From the NCBI GenBank assembly GCA_039808305.1, contig JBDHSR010000001.1, positions 1 through 46,405 of the forward strand: a stretch of 46,405 bases of DNA, read 5' to 3'. Numbering within the stretch: the stretch's first letter is position 1; every line of letters starts with the position of its first letter. The translations under genes and the position numbers were made by a program. Origin of the DNA: Gemmobacter sp. (GTDB taxonomy: Bacteria; Pseudomonadota; Alphaproteobacteria; Rhodobacterales; Rhodobacteraceae). The notes under the pieces are model-generated. The model was given only the letters and a program-made list of their open reading frames with translations. It ran no database searches and was not told the DNA's origin. This document shows positions 1-9,108 of this stretch, one piece after another.

Positions 1-951
1 CCGGCGCTGGCCTGCGGCTGCACCGTGGTGCTGAAACCGGCGGAGATCACGCCGCTCACCGCGCTGAAGATCGGCGCGCTGGCGCTGGAGGCGGGCTTCC
101 CGCCGGGCGTGCTGAACGTGGTGCCGGGCTTCGGCAAGGTGGCGGGGCAGGCGCTGGTCGATCACCCGGACGTGGACAAGGTGACCTTCACCGGCTCGCC
201 CGTGGTGGGGCGGCAGATCCTCGCCGGCGCGGCGGGCAACCTCAAGCGCGTCACGCTGGAGCTGGGCGGCAAGTCGGCCAACATCATCTTCCCCGACGCC
301 GATCTGGACGCCGCCACCCGCGCCGCCGGCTCGGGCATCTTCTTCAATACCGGGCAGGTCTGCTCGGCCGGCTCGCGCATCCTGGTGCATGAAAGCGTGC
401 ATGACGAGGTGGTGGAGCGGCTGGCGGCGCGCGCCAAGGCGATGCGGCTCGGCAATCCGCAGGAGGCCGGAACCAGCATGGGGCCGATCGTGTCCGAGGC
501 GCAGATGAACCGCGTGCTGAGCTATATCGAGATCGGCCGGCAGGAGGGCGCGACGCTGGTCACCGGCGGCAACCGCCATGGCGAGACGGGCTATTTCGTC
601 GAACCCACCATCTTCGCCGGGGTCCGCCACGAGATGCGCATCTCGCAGGAAGAGATCTTCGGCCCGGTGGCGACCGTGATCCCCTTCACCGACGACGCCG
701 ACGCTTTGCGCATCGCCAATGGCACGGTCTACAGCCTCGCCGCCGGGGTCTGGACCGCCGACATCGCCCGCGCCCATCGCTTCACCCGCAAGCTGAAGGC
801 GGGGACGGTCTGGGTCAACACCTACGGGCCGACCGACATCCGCCTGCCCTGGGGCGGCGCGCGCGACAGCGGCTTCGGCCGCGAGCATGGCGATGCCGCC
901 ATCGAGAACTTCACCGAGCCCAAGGTGGTCTGGGTGAATACCGGCCTCTGA
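1..951 (+). CDS. NAD(P)-dependent aldehyde dehydrogenase, 5'-truncated by the window edge
   Basis: Frame is open from base 1 (PALACGCTVVLKPAE). ALDH motifs FTGS, LELGGKS (catalytic Glu), FFNTGQVC (catalytic Cys), EEIFGPV and SGFGRE are present. Stop TGA at 949-951. Confidence 0.95.
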   Translation, partial: PALACGCTVVLKPAEITPLTALKIGALALEAGFPPGVLNVVPGFGKVAGQALVDHPDVDKVTFTGSPVVGRQILAGAAGNLKRVTLELGGKSANIIFPDADLDAATRAAGSGIFFNTGQVCSAGSRILVHESVHDEVVERLAARAKAMRLGNPQEAGTSMGPIVSEAQMNRVLSYIEIGRQEGATLVTGGNRHGETGYFVEPTIFAGVRHEMRISQEEIFGPVATVIPFTDDADALRIANGTVYSLAAGVWTADIARAHRFTRKLKAGTVWVNTYGPTDIRLPWGGARDSGFGREHGDAAIENFTEPKVVWVNTGL

Positions 952-976
952 CTTCGCTCTCCCTGTCGAAGGCCCT

Positions 977-1017
977 CGGGTCCGTCGCGTTGTGGCGACG
1001 GGGCGGACCCGCTTTTT
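977..1017 (+). terminator. Possible intrinsic terminator or attenuating hairpin between the ALDH and formyltransferase genes
   Basis: CGGGTCCG (977-984) pairs with CGGACCCG (1004-1011) and is followed by CTTTTT. Confidence 0.5.
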
Positions 1018-1041
1018 CCATCTGAACCCGGAGATTTTCCC

Positions 1042-2007
1042 ATGCGTATCGCGATCATCGGCCAGCAGGCTTTCGGCAAGGCCGTGCTCGAGGCCTTCCT
1101 CGACCGGGGCGACACCGTTGCCGCCGTGTTCTGCGCCCCCGAGAAACCCGGCGCCCGCCCCGACCCGCTGCGGCTGGCGGCGGAGGAGCGGGGGCTCACG
1201 CTCCATCAGCTTCCGAACCTCACGAGCGAGGCGGCGGCGGAGGCGCTGCGCGCGCTCGATGTCGATCTGGCGGTGATGGCCTATGTGCTGCAATTCGCGC
1301 CGCAGGGCTTCGTCAACATCCCGAAACACGGGTCGATCTGCTATCACCCGTCGCTTCTGCCGAAATATCGCGGACCCTCCGCGATCAACTGGCCGATCAT
1401 CCGGGGCGAGACCGAGACGGGCCTCAGCATCTTCCGCCCGACCGACGGGCTGGACGAGGGGCCGGTGGTGCTGAAAAAGCAGGTGCCGGTCGGGCCGGAG
1501 GACACGCTCGGCACGATCTATTTCGACAAGCTCTTCCCGATGGGCGTCGCCGCCATGCTGGAGGCCGCCGATCTGGTGGTGGCCGGGCGCCATGGCGAAG
1601 AGGTGCAGGACGAAGGGCAGGCCAGCTATGAGGGCTGGTGCCGCGACGCCGAGGCGCGGGTGAACTGGTCGGCCCATGCCGAGGCCGTCCACAACCTGAT
1701 CCGCGGCTGCGACCCCTCGCCCGGCGCCTGGACCACGGTGGCGGGCGAGAAGATCCGGCTCTACGAAAGCCGCTGGCACCCCGCCCGCCGCTTCGCCGAT
1801 GTCGAGGGCAAGCCGGGCACCATCGCCGCCATCGGCGACGGCGCGATCCGCGTCGCCGTGCAGGGCGGCAGCGTGGAGATCGGCCGGGTGCGCAGCGCAG
1901 CCGGGCAGAAGCTGACGGCGGCGGCTTTCGTGGCGCTGATGGGGCTGAAGGTCGGCGACCGGCTGGAAAGCGCCGCCCCCGAGGCGCAGGCCATCGCGGC
2001 GGAGTGA
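1042..2007 (+). CDS. Formyltransferase-fold protein (Fmt family) resembling the hydrolase domain of 10-formyltetrahydrofolate dehydrogenase
   Basis: Motifs MRIAIIGQ..FG, YHPSLLPKYRGPSAINW, DGLDEG and IRGCDPSPGAW. GGAG RBS upstream. Confidence 0.85.
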   Translation: MRIAIIGQQAFGKAVLEAFLDRGDTVAAVFCAPEKPGARPDPLRLAAEERGLTLHQLPNLTSEAAAEALRALDVDLAVMAYVLQFAPQGFVNIPKHGSICYHPSLLPKYRGPSAINWPIIRGETETGLSIFRPTDGLDEGPVVLKKQVPVGPEDTLGTIYFDKLFPMGVAAMLEAADLVVAGRHGEEVQDEGQASYEGWCRDAEARVNWSAHAEAVHNLIRGCDPSPGAWTTVAGEKIRLYESRWHPARRFADVEGKPGTIAAIGDGAIRVAVQGGSVEIGRVRSAAGQKLTAAAFVALMGLKVGDRLESAAPEAQAIAAE

Positions 2008-2059
2008 TCCGGCGCCCCGGAAGGGGCGGGGAAAACGGATCCGCCCGCGTGTCGGGTTG

Positions 2060-2087
2060 GGGCGGAGGTTCATCGGAACCTCCGCCC
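2060..2087. terminator. Perfect 12-bp stem-loop after the formyltransferase gene
   Basis: GGGCGGAGGTTC-atcg-GAACCTCCGCCC. The U-tail is weak. Confidence 0.55.
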
Positions 2088-2357
2088 TTGCCGTTCGGGT
2101 GGACCCGGACTGCCGTTTCGCCGCTCCTGCCGCCGGCCTGCACCGCGCGGGCCGGAGAGGCGATCCGGGCGGATCGACCGGGGCCGGCTTCCCGGCCGCC
2201 CCTATGCCCTGTGGAGGCGCCGTGCATCCCGCGGACGGTATCTTCCCGTCGATTCGCCCGTGGCGGTCGATTCTCTCCCTGACAGTGGCGAAAGAAACCG
2301 CAGGAATTTCATGCGCTTGAAAAATTCTCCGGGCCGGATTCATTTTTTTCTTTCATC

Positions 2358-2376
2358 AGTATCCAAATTGGATACT
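2358..2376. promoter_or_regulatory. Palindromic operator upstream of the hydantoinase cluster, probably for the cluster's GntR
   Basis: AGTATCCAA-A-TTGGATACT, a perfect 9-1-9 inverted repeat in an AT-rich patch about 55 bp upstream of the start codon. Confidence 0.7.
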
Positions 2377-2430
2377 TAATATCCGCAATCCCCGCACAGG
2401 CGGCGGGCTTCAGACGGATGGACCGGAGTG

Positions 2431-4482
2431 ATGCAGAACTGGATCGTGGGCTGTGATGTCGGTGGAACCTTCACCGATTTTTGCGCGAGAGAGATGTCGA
2501 GCGGCCGGACCGTCATACACAAGCGGCCCTCCACCCCCGACGATCCGTCGCGGGCGATCCTGACCGGCCTGCGCGAACTGGCCGAGCTGCACGGGATCGA
2601 ACCCGAGGCGATCAGCCGCTTCGACCATGGCACCACGGTGGCCACCAACGCGCTTCTGCAACGCAAGGGCGCGCGGGTCGCGGTGGTGACGACCAAGGGC
2701 TTCCGCGACCTGCTGGAGATCGGCCGCCAGACCCGGCCGCTGATCTACGACATGCAGGCCGACGCGCCGCCCGCGCTGGCCGAACGCCGGCTGCGCTTCG
2801 AGATCGACGAGCGCATCGGGCCGGAGGGGCAGGTGATCCGCCCGCTGACCGAGGACGCCATCGCCGGACTGGTCGAGCGGATCCGCGCCGAGCCGGGGAT
2901 CGAGGCCATCGCGGTCTGCCTGATCTTCTCCTTCCTCAACAGCGATCACGAACAGCGCCTCGCCGCCGCGCTGCGGGCGGCCTTCCCGGGCATCTTCGTC
3001 TCGGTCTCCTCCGAGGTGCAGCCGGAATTCCGCGAATACGAGCGCTTCTCGACCACGCTCATCAACGCCTTCCTGCAACCCGAGGTCACCCGCTACATGG
3101 GCCGGCTCCAGGCCGAGGTGCGCACCGTCGCGCCGCGCGCCGATTTCGGCATCTTCCAGTCGAGCGGCGGGCTGATGACGGTGGAGCGCGCGGCGCAACT
3201 GCCGGTGCGCACGGCGCTGTCCGGCCCGGCGGCCGGCGCGGTGGGCGCCTCGGGCGCCGGGGCGCTGTCGGGGATGGGCGATGTGATCACGCTCGACATC
3301 GGCGGCACCAGCACCGATGTCTGCCTGATCCGCGACGGCAAGACGGCGCTGGCCAGCACGCGCGACATCTCGGGCTTCCGCATCCGGCTGCCGATGGTCG
3401 ACATCCACACCGTCGGGGCGGGCGGCGGCTCCATCGCGCAGATCGGCAATGACGGGCTGATGAAGGTCGGCCCGGAAAGCGCCGGCGCCGTGCCGGGCCC
3501 GGCCTGCTATGGCCGCGGCGGCACGCTGCCCACGGTGTCGGACGCCAATGTGCTGCTGGGCCGGCTGCCGCGCGAACTGGCCGGCGGCGGCATGACCATC
3601 GACCGCGACCGGGCGGTGGCCGCGATCCGCCCCCTGGCCGAGACGCTGGGCGTCGGGCTGGAGCAGGCGGCGCTGGGCATCATCGGCATCGTCAACGCCA
3701 ACATGACGCGGGCGATCCGCGCGGTTTCCATCGAGAAGGGCTATGATCCGCGCCGCTTCGCGCTGATGCCCTTCGGGGGCGCCGGCGGGCTGCATGCGGC
3801 GGATGTGGCGCGTTCGCTCGGGATGCGGCGGATCCTGGTGCCGCGCGCGCCGGGCATTCTCTGCGCCGAGGGGCTGGTGGTCGCCGACCTGCAAGAGGAT
3901 TTCGTGGCGAATTGCCGCGCCGCCATCTCGGGCGATCTCGCGCCGGTCCGGGCGGAGATCGACCAGCTCGGCCGCCGCGCGGCGGAATGGTTCGCGACCG
4001 AGGCCGAAGGCGCCGAAGCGCGGCGGATGACCCTCAGCTTCGACATGCGCTATCTGGGCCAGAACTACGAACTGTCGGTTGAGGTCTGGAAAGGGCCGGA
4101 GGCGCCGGCCTGCCCGGATGCGGAGAGCCTGCGCGCGGCCTTCCTCGCCGAATACCGGCGCAGCTACGGCCATGCCGACCCGGATGCGCCCATCGAGATG
4201 GTGAATATCCGCCTGCGCGCCACCGCGCAGCTCGGCCAGGCCGAAAGCAGCGCCGTCCCGACGCATCCCGATCCGACCCCGTTCCAGCAGGTCGAGGTCT
4301 GGTTTTCCGGCGCGGGGCCGCAGCCGGTGCCGATGTATCGCCGCGCCGGCCTGCCGGCCGGAACCGTGATCGCGGGGCCCGCGATCATCACCCAGCTCGA
4401 CAGCACCACCGTCGTGCCGCCGGATGCCGGCATCCGCGTGGACGAGGCGCTGAACATGATCATGGAGCTTGCGAATGTCTGA
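2431..4482 (+). CDS. Hydantoinase/oxoprolinase family, ATP-binding A subunit (HyuA/OplA-like)
   Basis: Motifs DVGGTFTD, HGTTVATN, SGPAAG, DIGGTSTD, GAGGGS, GPESAGAVPGPACY and FGGAGGLH. An alternative GTG start lies at 2428. Confidence 0.93.
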   Translation: MQNWIVGCDVGGTFTDFCAREMSSGRTVIHKRPSTPDDPSRAILTGLRELAELHGIEPEAISRFDHGTTVATNALLQRKGARVAVVTTKGFRDLLEIGRQTRPLIYDMQADAPPALAERRLRFEIDERIGPEGQVIRPLTEDAIAGLVERIRAEPGIEAIAVCLIFSFLNSDHEQRLAAALRAAFPGIFVSVSSEVQPEFREYERFSTTLINAFLQPEVTRYMGRLQAEVRTVAPRADFGIFQSSGGLMTVERAAQLPVRTALSGPAAGAVGASGAGALSGMGDVITLDIGGTSTDVCLIRDGKTALASTRDISGFRIRLPMVDIHTVGAGGGSIAQIGNDGLMKVGPESAGAVPGPACYGRGGTLPTVSDANVLLGRLPRELAGGGMTIDRDRAVAAIRPLAETLGVGLEQAALGIIGIVNANMTRAIRAVSIEKGYDPRRFALMPFGGAGGLHAADVARSLGMRRILVPRAPGILCAEGLVVADLQEDFVANCRAAISGDLAPVRAEIDQLGRRAAEWFATEAEGAEARRMTLSFDMRYLGQNYELSVEVWKGPEAPACPDAESLRAAFLAEYRRSYGHADPDAPIEMVNIRLRATAQLGQAESSAVPTHPDPTPFQQVEVWFSGAGPQPVPMYRRAGLPAGTVIAGPAIITQLDSTTVVPPDAGIRVDEALNMIMELANV

Positions 4483-6169
4483 GGCCGAGGTCGATCCGAT
4501 CACGCTCGAAATCACCTGGAACGGGCTGAAATCCATCGCGGATGAATGCTTCATCACCATCATGCGCAGCGCCTTCTCCTCCAACGTGAAGGAGCGGCAC
4601 GACCATTCGACCGCCATCGCCGACGCCGAGGGGCGGCTGATCGTGCAGGCCGAGATGTCGCTGCCCGTCCACCTCGCCTCGATGGGGGGCATGATGCAGG
4701 CGCTGCTGGCGCAATACGGCGACGACATCGGGCCGGGCGATCTGTTCATCGCCAACGACCCGCATGTCGCCGGCGGCACGCACCTGCCCGACATCAACAT
4801 GGCGGTGCCGGTTTTCGACGGCGACCGGCTGCTCGGCTTCATCGCCAATATCATCCACCATGCCGATGTCGGCGGCGCGGCCGTGGGCTCGATGTCCGGC
4901 GGGCTGGACGAGATCTACAAGGAAGGGCTGCGGATCCCGGTCGTCCGGCTTTACCGGCGGGGCGAGCGCAATGACGAGATCATGCGCCTCCTGCTGCTGA
5001 ACATGCGCCTGCCGGACGAGCGGCGGGGCGACCTGAACGCGCAGATCGCCGCTTGCCGGCTGGGCGAGAGCCGCCTGCTCGACCTGCTGGCCGATCATGG
5101 CGGCGACCGGCTGCGCGCGATCTTCGCGGCGGTCATCGCCCGCACCGAGCTCAGGATGCGCAAGGCCATCGCCGGGCTGCCCGACGGAAGCTGGAGCTTC
5201 ACCGATTACATGGACGATGACGGCATCGGCACCGAGGACATCCGCATCCACCTGACGGTGGAAAAGCGCGGCGAGCATATCCGGTTCGATTTCACCGGCA
5301 CCGATCCTCAGGTGAAGGGCAATTTCAACCTGACCTTCAACGCGACGCAATCGGCGATCTGCTATTCGCTGAAGGCGCTGCTCGACAGCGAGGTTCCGAC
5401 GAACCAGGGCATCTTCGACGCCATCGAGATCGTGGCGCCGCCGGGCAGCTTCGTGAACTGCGTGGCGCCGGCGGCGGTGGCGATGCGGGCCAATTCCTGT
5501 CAGCGGGTGGTGGATTGCGTGCTGGGCGCGCTGGCCCCGGTGGTGCCGGAAAAGGTGATCGGCGCGGCGAACGGCGCCAATACCTCGGCGGTGTTCACCG
5601 GCATCGACCCGCGCAACGGCCAGATGTATGTCTATCTGGAAACCTTGGGCGGCGGCATGGGCGCGCGGGCGCGTCACGACGGCAAGGACGGGGTGCAGGT
5701 CCATATCACCAACACCTCCAACCTGCCGGTCGAGGCGATCGAGCTGGAATATCCGCTGCGGGTCGAGGAATACGCGCTGATCCCCGATACCGGCGGCGCC
5801 GGCCGCCAGCGCGGCGGCATGGGCATCCGCCGGGTGATCCGCCCCGTCGGCCACGATTGCGAGTTCAACGGCGTGGGCGAGCGGTTCCGCCACCGGCCCT
5901 GGGGGGTGTTCGGCGGCGCCGACGGCGCGGCGGGGGCGTTCCACATCGTCGATAACGGGGGCGAGCGCCACCGGCTCAGCGCCAAGGCCAGCAAGATCGC
6001 GCTTCCCGACGGCGCCTCGGCGGTGATCGAGACGCCCGGCGCGGGCGGCTACGGCGATCCCGGCGAACGGCCGGTGGCGCTGATCCGGGCCGATCTCGAA
6101 GCCGGCAAGATCACCGAGGCGGCGGCGGCGCGCGACTATGCGCAGCTTTCCGCGCCCGTCGAAACCTGA
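4475..6169 (+). CDS. Hydantoinase B/oxoprolinase family subunit (HyuB-like)
   Basis: Motifs DPITLE, ERHDHS, PVHL, NDPH..GGTHLPD, HHADVGG and TPGAGGYGDP. ATG at 4475 follows GGAG and overlaps the end of the A subunit. Confidence 0.93.
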   Translation: MSEAEVDPITLEITWNGLKSIADECFITIMRSAFSSNVKERHDHSTAIADAEGRLIVQAEMSLPVHLASMGGMMQALLAQYGDDIGPGDLFIANDPHVAGGTHLPDINMAVPVFDGDRLLGFIANIIHHADVGGAAVGSMSGGLDEIYKEGLRIPVVRLYRRGERNDEIMRLLLLNMRLPDERRGDLNAQIAACRLGESRLLDLLADHGGDRLRAIFAAVIARTELRMRKAIAGLPDGSWSFTDYMDDDGIGTEDIRIHLTVEKRGEHIRFDFTGTDPQVKGNFNLTFNATQSAICYSLKALLDSEVPTNQGIFDAIEIVAPPGSFVNCVAPAAVAMRANSCQRVVDCVLGALAPVVPEKVIGAANGANTSAVFTGIDPRNGQMYVYLETLGGGMGARARHDGKDGVQVHITNTSNLPVEAIELEYPLRVEEYALIPDTGGAGRQRGGMGIRRVIRPVGHDCEFNGVGERFRHRPWGVFGGADGAAGAFHIVDNGGERHRLSAKASKIALPDGASAVIETPGAGGYGDPGERPVALIRADLEAGKITEAAAARDYAQLSAPVET

Positions 6170-6183
6170 GCGGGGGCAGGCCC

Positions 6184-7113
6184 ATGGCATTCCATCATTC
6201 GCAGCTCGAAGGCATCGTCACCGCGACGCCGACGCCGGTACGGCCCGATGGCCGCCTCGACCGCGCGGCGGCCGAGGCGGTGGCGGAGCATGTGGTCAAG
6301 GGCGGGGCCCGGGCCATCGCGCCCATCGGCGGCACCGGAGAATATACCGCCCTCACCCCCGCGCAGCGCCGCGAGATGCTGGAGATCACCGTCGGCGCCG
6401 TGGCGGGCCGCATCCCGGTCATCGCCGGCGTGCTTTCGCCCGGCCTGGGCGAGGCGCTGGCCGCCACCCGCGACTTCACCGCCGCCGGGGCCGACATGAT
6501 CATGCTGGTCACCCCCTATTACGCCCGGCCGGGCGAGGAGGGCGTGGTCGATTACTACAAGGCCGTCGCCGACGCGACCCATCTGCCGGTCATGCTCTAC
6601 GAGATCCCCTATCGCACCGGCGTCCAGCTTTCGGCCGAGACGGTGGGGCGTCTGGTGGACGAGGCCGGCGTGGTGGCGATGAAGACGTGCAGCCCCGATC
6701 TGGCCTACCAGATGCGGATCATGGAGCGGATCGGCGACAAGGCCACCGTGCTGACCGGCGAGGAGAACGTGTTTCCCGCCCATGTCGCCATCGGCGCGAA
6801 GGGCGGCTTCCTCGCCAGTTCGCTGCTGTTCCCGCGCGCCTGGGAATATCTCTACCGCCTCTGCGCCGCCGGCCGGCGGGCCGAGGCGCTGGCGCTGCAT
6901 CGCCGGCTGATGCCCTATGTGAGCATGCTCTACCGCGAGCACAATCCCGTGCCGCTGCGCGCCGCGCTCGACATCCTCGGGATGCCGCAGGGCGACGCCC
7001 TGCCGCCGCTGCGCCCGGCCAGCGCCGAGACCCGCAGGCTGCTGGAAACCCATCTACCCGAGGCCCTGAAGATCGAGGCCGAAGCCGCCGCCGCCCTCGC
7101 GGCGGCCGCCTGA
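6184..7113 (+). CDS. DapA/NAL-family class I aldolase or dehydratase
   Basis: GGTGE substrate loop, LYEIPYRTG (relay Tyr), Schiff-base Lys in VAMKTC, and NPVPLR. Confidence 0.88.
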   Translation: MAFHHSQLEGIVTATPTPVRPDGRLDRAAAEAVAEHVVKGGARAIAPIGGTGEYTALTPAQRREMLEITVGAVAGRIPVIAGVLSPGLGEALAATRDFTAAGADMIMLVTPYYARPGEEGVVDYYKAVADATHLPVMLYEIPYRTGVQLSAETVGRLVDEAGVVAMKTCSPDLAYQMRIMERIGDKATVLTGEENVFPAHVAIGAKGGFLASSLLFPRAWEYLYRLCAAGRRAEALALHRRLMPYVSMLYREHNPVPLRAALDILGMPQGDALPPLRPASAETRRLLETHLPEALKIEAEAAAALAAAA

Positions 7114-7147
7114 CCAACCCGAAACCGCCAACAACAGGGAAATCACC

Positions 7148-8200
7148 ATGACAAAGACGATCCAGTTCTCGCGCCGCCGCATGCTCGTCGCCGGGGCGAG
7201 CCTGCTGGCCGCGCCCGCCATCCTGCGCGCGGGCCGCGCCGAGGCCGCCTCCAACAAGCTGACCTTCGTGACCTGGGGCGGCACCTATCGCGACTCCGTC
7301 TATGAGGGCGGCATCAAGTCCTTCACCGAACAGACCGGGATCGAGGTCACCATCATCGACACGCCCGATCTCGCCAAGGTCAAGGCGCAGGTGATGACCG
7401 GCAATGTCGAATGGGACGTGTTCGACGCGCCCGGCGCGCTCGGCGCCTCGGGCTCGAAGGAAGGCTATTGGGAGACCTTCGACGAGGGTCTGTTCGATGT
7501 CGACGACCTGACCATCGCCCCCACCGCCGACCTGGTGCCGTTCTACACCTGGGCGGGCGGCATCGCCTACGATCCGAAGAAATATTCCGAAGGCCAGTAT
7601 CCGCGCAACTTCGCCGAATATTTCGACCTGGAGAAATTCCCCGGCCGCCGCACCTTCCGCGACCGCCCGAGCGAGACGCTGGAGGCGGCGCTGCTGGCCG
7701 ATGGCGTGGCGCCGGCCGATCTCTATCCGCTGGACGTGGACCGCGCCTTCGCCGCGCTCGACCGCATCAAGCCCTCGGTCGCGTCCTGGGTCTCGGCCAC
7801 GCCGCAGACCATCACGCTGCTGCAAACCGGCGAGGTCGATTTCAGCTACACCTATGCCAGCCGGGTGCGCACCACCAACGAGGCGGGCGCCGGCATGGCC
7901 TTCTCGTTCGACCAGACGCTGAACGGGCTGGAATACCTCGCCGTGGTCAAGGGCGCGCCGAACCGCGAGAACGCGATGAAATTCGTGTCCCACATGATGA
8001 AGCCCGAGGCGCAGGCCGGCGTCATGGAGCGGCTGGCCAATACCCCGGTGTCCAAATCCGCCGTTCCGCTGCTGTCGGAAGAGGCGCGCAAATGGCTGCC
8101 GGACATGGAGAACCCGAACAACATCGTGATGAACGACGCCTGGTGGGCCGACAACTTCGAGGATGTCACCCGCCGCTTCAAGGAATGGATGCTGCTCTGA
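7148..8200 (+). CDS. ABC transporter substrate-binding protein (PotD/PotF-like) with twin-arginine signal peptide
   Basis: N-terminal SRRRML, hydrophobic stretch and AEA site. Also TWGG, AQV.TGNVEWDV and LYPLDVDRAF. Confidence 0.9.
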   Translation: MTKTIQFSRRRMLVAGASLLAAPAILRAGRAEAASNKLTFVTWGGTYRDSVYEGGIKSFTEQTGIEVTIIDTPDLAKVKAQVMTGNVEWDVFDAPGALGASGSKEGYWETFDEGLFDVDDLTIAPTADLVPFYTWAGGIAYDPKKYSEGQYPRNFAEYFDLEKFPGRRTFRDRPSETLEAALLADGVAPADLYPLDVDRAFAALDRIKPSVASWVSATPQTITLLQTGEVDFSYTYASRVRTTNEAGAGMAFSFDQTLNGLEYLAVVKGAPNRENAMKFVSHMMKPEAQAGVMERLANTPVSKSAVPLLSEEARKWLPDMENPNNIVMNDAWWADNFEDVTRRFKEWMLL

Positions 8201-8214
8201 TCCGCAGTCAACCC

Positions 8215-8240
8215 GGCGGTCCCGCCCCTGCGGGGCCGCC
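8215..8240 (+). other. Intergenic stem-loop after the binding-protein gene, likely mRNA-stabilising
   Basis: GGCGGTCCCGC-ccct-GCGGGGCCGCC, 11 bp with one G-U pair. Confidence 0.5.
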
Positions 8241-8272
8241 CCTGCATATCCGGCCATGAGGGGGAGGCGTTC

Positions 8273-9097
8273 ATGAACAGAACCGCGGAATTGCGTGGGG
8301 CCGTCGCATTCGTGACGCCGGCCACGCTGATCACGCTGACGATCCTCGCGGCGCCGCTGCTCTATATCCTCTATACCAGCTTCGACGGGCCGGATCTCGG
8401 TTTCCGCGCCTATTCCGAACTGCTGGGCAGCGCGCTGTTCCGCCGCACGCTGTCGACGACGCTCGTCATCGCCATCTCGGCCTCGGGGCTGAGCCTGCTG
8501 CTGGGCTATATCATCGCGCTGCATCTGGCGCGGCAGACGCCCCGCCGGCGCGGCCTCTACATGGTGCTGGTGCTGCTGCCGTTCTGGACCAGCGTTCTGG
8601 TCAAGTGCTACGCCTTCACCGTGATCCTCGGCCGCTCGGGGCTGGTGAACGAGACGCTGGGCTGGCTGACCGGCGGCCAGGTGCAGCTCGCGCTGGTGCT
8701 GAACCGCATCGGCGTGCTGATCGGGATGACCAACTACCTCACCCCCTTCGTGGTGTTCCCGGTCCTGGCGAGCCTGATGGCCATCGACGAGTCGGTCTAT
8801 CGCGCCGCCTCGGTCATGGGGGCGAAGCCCGCGCGGATCTTCCGCACCATCACCCTGCCGCTCAGCCTGCCGGGGATCGTCGCGGGGCTGTCCTCGGTCA
8901 TGGTCATGTCGCTCGGCTTCTTCATCGTGCCGGCGCTGCTGGGCGGGCCGCGCGACGCCATGCTGTCGAACCTCGTCGATTTCTACACCCGCGAGACGCT
9001 GGACTGGAGCCTCGCCGCCGCGGTGGGCGTGCTGCTGCTCGGCATGGTCGTCCTGGTGATCGCGCCGCTGTCCGTGCTGCGCCGCAAGAAGCCCTGA
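8273..9097 (+). CDS. ABC permease (PotB-like)
   Basis: Multiple hydrophobic helices, LLPFWTSVLVK, and EAA-like loop RAASVMGA. Confidence 0.9.
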   Translation: MNRTAELRGAVAFVTPATLITLTILAAPLLYILYTSFDGPDLGFRAYSELLGSALFRRTLSTTLVIAISASGLSLLLGYIIALHLARQTPRRRGLYMVLVLLPFWTSVLVKCYAFTVILGRSGLVNETLGWLTGGQVQLALVLNRIGVLIGMTNYLTPFVVFPVLASLMAIDESVYRAASVMGAKPARIFRTITLPLSLPGIVAGLSSVMVMSLGFFIVPALLGGPRDAMLSNLVDFYTRETLDWSLAAAVGVLLLGMVVLVIAPLSVLRRKKP

Positions 9098-9108
9098 GGA
9101 GAAGCGCG

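Noticed and set aside
1042-2007. Calling this gene the housekeeping fmt
   Set aside because: There is no def/truA-type context and its motifs are closer to the formyl-THF dehydrogenase N-domain, so the symbol is withheld.
2410-4854. 814-aa minus-strand ORF, and similar long antisense ORFs (6719-9178, 10630-13167, 14120-16204, 32126-34840)
   Set aside because: Shadow ORFs opposite well-supported genes in high-GC DNA. They are Arg/Gly/Ala-rich and carry no family motifs.
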